A stretch of DNA of 64,000 nt from positions 46,562,001 to 46,626,000 of the forward strand of contig CM052827.1 in the NCBI GenBank assembly GCA_028534125.1. Direction: 5' to 3'. The notes beneath the pieces were generated by a model, which ran no database searches, was not told the origin of the DNA, and saw only the letters and a list, made by a program, of their open reading frames with translations. Below are positions 62,233 to 64,000 of the stretch, in pieces (within the stretch, counting starts at the first letter, position 1; each line of letters opens with the position of its first letter). A program made the translations under genes and the position numbers. This DNA is from Lama glama. Taxonomy: Eukaryota.

Positions 62233-63538
62233 AATCACAAAGTTGGTTTAAAACTGTGTGCGGTGTTTCTTTGACAGCAAACGCTTTTTCCAGTAACCAG
62301 AATCCAAGTGAGTACGAGAGGGCTGCTGGATTTCACATACGCCCCTGGACCAAAGCTGAACCAAGAGTCAGGTTCTTCTTGTTTAATATTTCCAAAGTTA
62401 TCAACTGTCGTGATTTGGATAAGTGGATTTTTTTTTTTTTAATTTTCAAATAGCAGAAAAGAGGAGGTAAGCTCTCTCTCCTTTGTTTTGTCCCCAGCAC
62501 TCCTCAGTGTCACAGAAGTGGTAGGTATAGGTCATGGCTGAGCATCTCAGCTACACCTCCGGACACCACCCTCAGGTTTGGAAAGGAAGCCCTTTCAAGA
62601 TGGAAGAAGCGGAGAGGAGAGACCTCATCCACACAGTCAGGCCCTCCTGGTGGCTCTTGTGCCCTCCCAGAAGGGCCCGTGCAGACGGTTCAAGTAGTGC
62701 GCGGAGATTCTGCTCAGAGAAGCGGCTTTACACTGCCCAGCGCTTCTCTCACCATCTGCTGTTCTGATCATAGCCGTGTGCCACTCCAGGTGCAGAGCTG
62801 TCTTAAAGCTACAGTACGAACATTGCTCGCTTAGCCTACTTGCCTAGCTGTAACCCTGCTCTGATTTGCTTAGCTACTTACAAAGTTATAATTATCTTCT
62901 CATTAAAATATTGTATGATTCTTATGGAACATGTGGAGTTCGGAAGCAGCCCACGCTAGCAGTAGCCAACCACAGATGATTAAAGGCCTGATCCAAAGCA
63001 GCGCATTGAGTTCTGGGTTGTGATACTGTGAGCCGGGTCATGTCCGTTCCAGACAAATGGCTTATCTGTCCTGAGTGTCCAGCTACTGACATTGAGTAAA
63101 GTTGTTAGTGTCCCGATGAGTCAGATTGCACCCTTTCCAGAACGAGGCCTCTGATTGGGAAACGCCGTTCACAGGAATCCAGAACGAGAGACCAAACAGT
63201 GCAGTTATTGGTACACCAGCCTACTTCCAAGTCTTAAAGCACATCCTACGGATTTAGAAGAGAAACATCTCCCTCGAATGTTGCTCCAGGGTTTCTCCAT
63301 AATCTTTAAATTGCTAAGTTATATATTTTGTCAAGCCCAAACTATGTTGGAAATGACTAAGATATTGAAAAACTTCCTTTGAAAGGTCTCAAGTCTCTCG
63401 AAAGTGCTTAGAGATGAATTAAGTCCAATCCTGTGTCTTGGTCACTGTGTAACGTGGGGAGATAATGTATTCACTTTTGAAGTTGCTGTCCCCTGGGGTA
63501 CATCAGTGTTTTGGATTGAGCCATCTGATAGCCAGCAA

Positions 63539-63541
<3 letters not shown>

Positions 63542-63586
<45 letters not shown>
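63542..63586. repeat. (GT)22 microsatellite
   Basis: Perfect dinucleotide run. Confidence 0.99.
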
Positions 63587-63590
<4 letters not shown>

Positions 63591-64000
63591 ATGAAGGCTA
63601 GCTTTGTTTGAAAAAGCATTCACAACTCATACCACCTAACAGCTCCGATCATATTTTTGACAGAGGTACAGCCTCACAGTTCTCTTTTGTTTAAGTGGGA
63701 TCAGCGGCCCTTCCTGCAGATGAAGAGCAAAACTCAGAAACGGACAGAATTTGTAGCAAAGAGCTGCCAGTCTGGGATTCACAATGACCTGCATCTGGTC
63801 TCTGGAGTGACTGACTGGCTCTTGCATAGAGAATCCAATCTTTGTACAAATACAGCAATTTTTAGGGCCTGTCCGTGTTCTTGGGATTTTGAACTCAACG
63901 TTTAATATTTTGTGCTTCAGTGTTTAGTATTCTTACAAATGTCATGGACTGCTTCCTTGGTTTTAGGTCATTACAGTTTGACCCATTAACAAGGTGTTGG

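Larger units (their letters stand above)
1..62253 (+). other. USP10: USP10 gene body, 5'-partial (intron 1 to 3' UTR; exon 1 is upstream of the window)
   Basis: 13 GT-AG exons splice into one 794-aa open frame with an FGDF motif, PAM2 motif, USP Cys box ([18 protein letters not shown]), QED box and His box ([11 protein letters not shown]...WLRIDD), ending [10 protein letters not shown]. Exon sizes match what I recall of human USP10. The 3' end is approximate. Confidence 0.98.
61425..62253 (+). other. USP10: USP10 3' UTR (contains a 142-N gap at 61967-62108)
   Basis: AU-rich sequence between the stop codon and the distal AATAAA; end position approximate. Confidence 0.8.

Noticed and set aside
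1-64000. CRISPR array, operon or other prokaryotic-type system
   Set aside because: Spliced eukaryotic gene with mammalian repeats; no regularly spaced repeat-spacer array or dense coding organisation

Overview
Mammalian genomic DNA, probably a camelid (alpaca or camel). The evidence is four copies of a short tRNA-derived SINE of the vic-1 type, and I recognised no Alu, Bov-A/BovB or PRE-1. The window holds nearly all of USP10 (ubiquitin-specific peptidase 10) on the + strand: about 27.8 kb of intron 1, coding exons 2-14 (27839-61424) and the 3' UTR with a poly(A) signal at about 62227. The 13 exons have consistent phases and give 2385 nt, or 794 codons plus stop. Exon 1 and the start codon lie upstream of the window. 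The rest is intronic repeat (L1, L2, MIR, MaLR/ERVL LTR, hAT MITEs, SINEs), including an antisense, probably full-length L1 with a 500-N gap where ORF2 should be. There is no prokaryotic-type system or novel protein-coding gene, and almost all ORF-track entries are spurious. Leading observations, all unverified predictions from sequence: (1) a ~67-80 bp-arm inverted repeat in intron 4 that would bury a candidate in-frame 12-nt microexon, with the A of its acceptor AG in an ADAR-favoured UAG/A-C mismatch; (2) a U12-type intron splitting the catalytic Cys box; (3) a homologue of the human alternative N-terminal exon (MPWLPSPG...) that is out of frame here; (4) a ~200-bp diverged direct repeat flanking exon 3; (5) loss of the phosphosites corresponding to human T42 (ATM) and S76 (AMPK).
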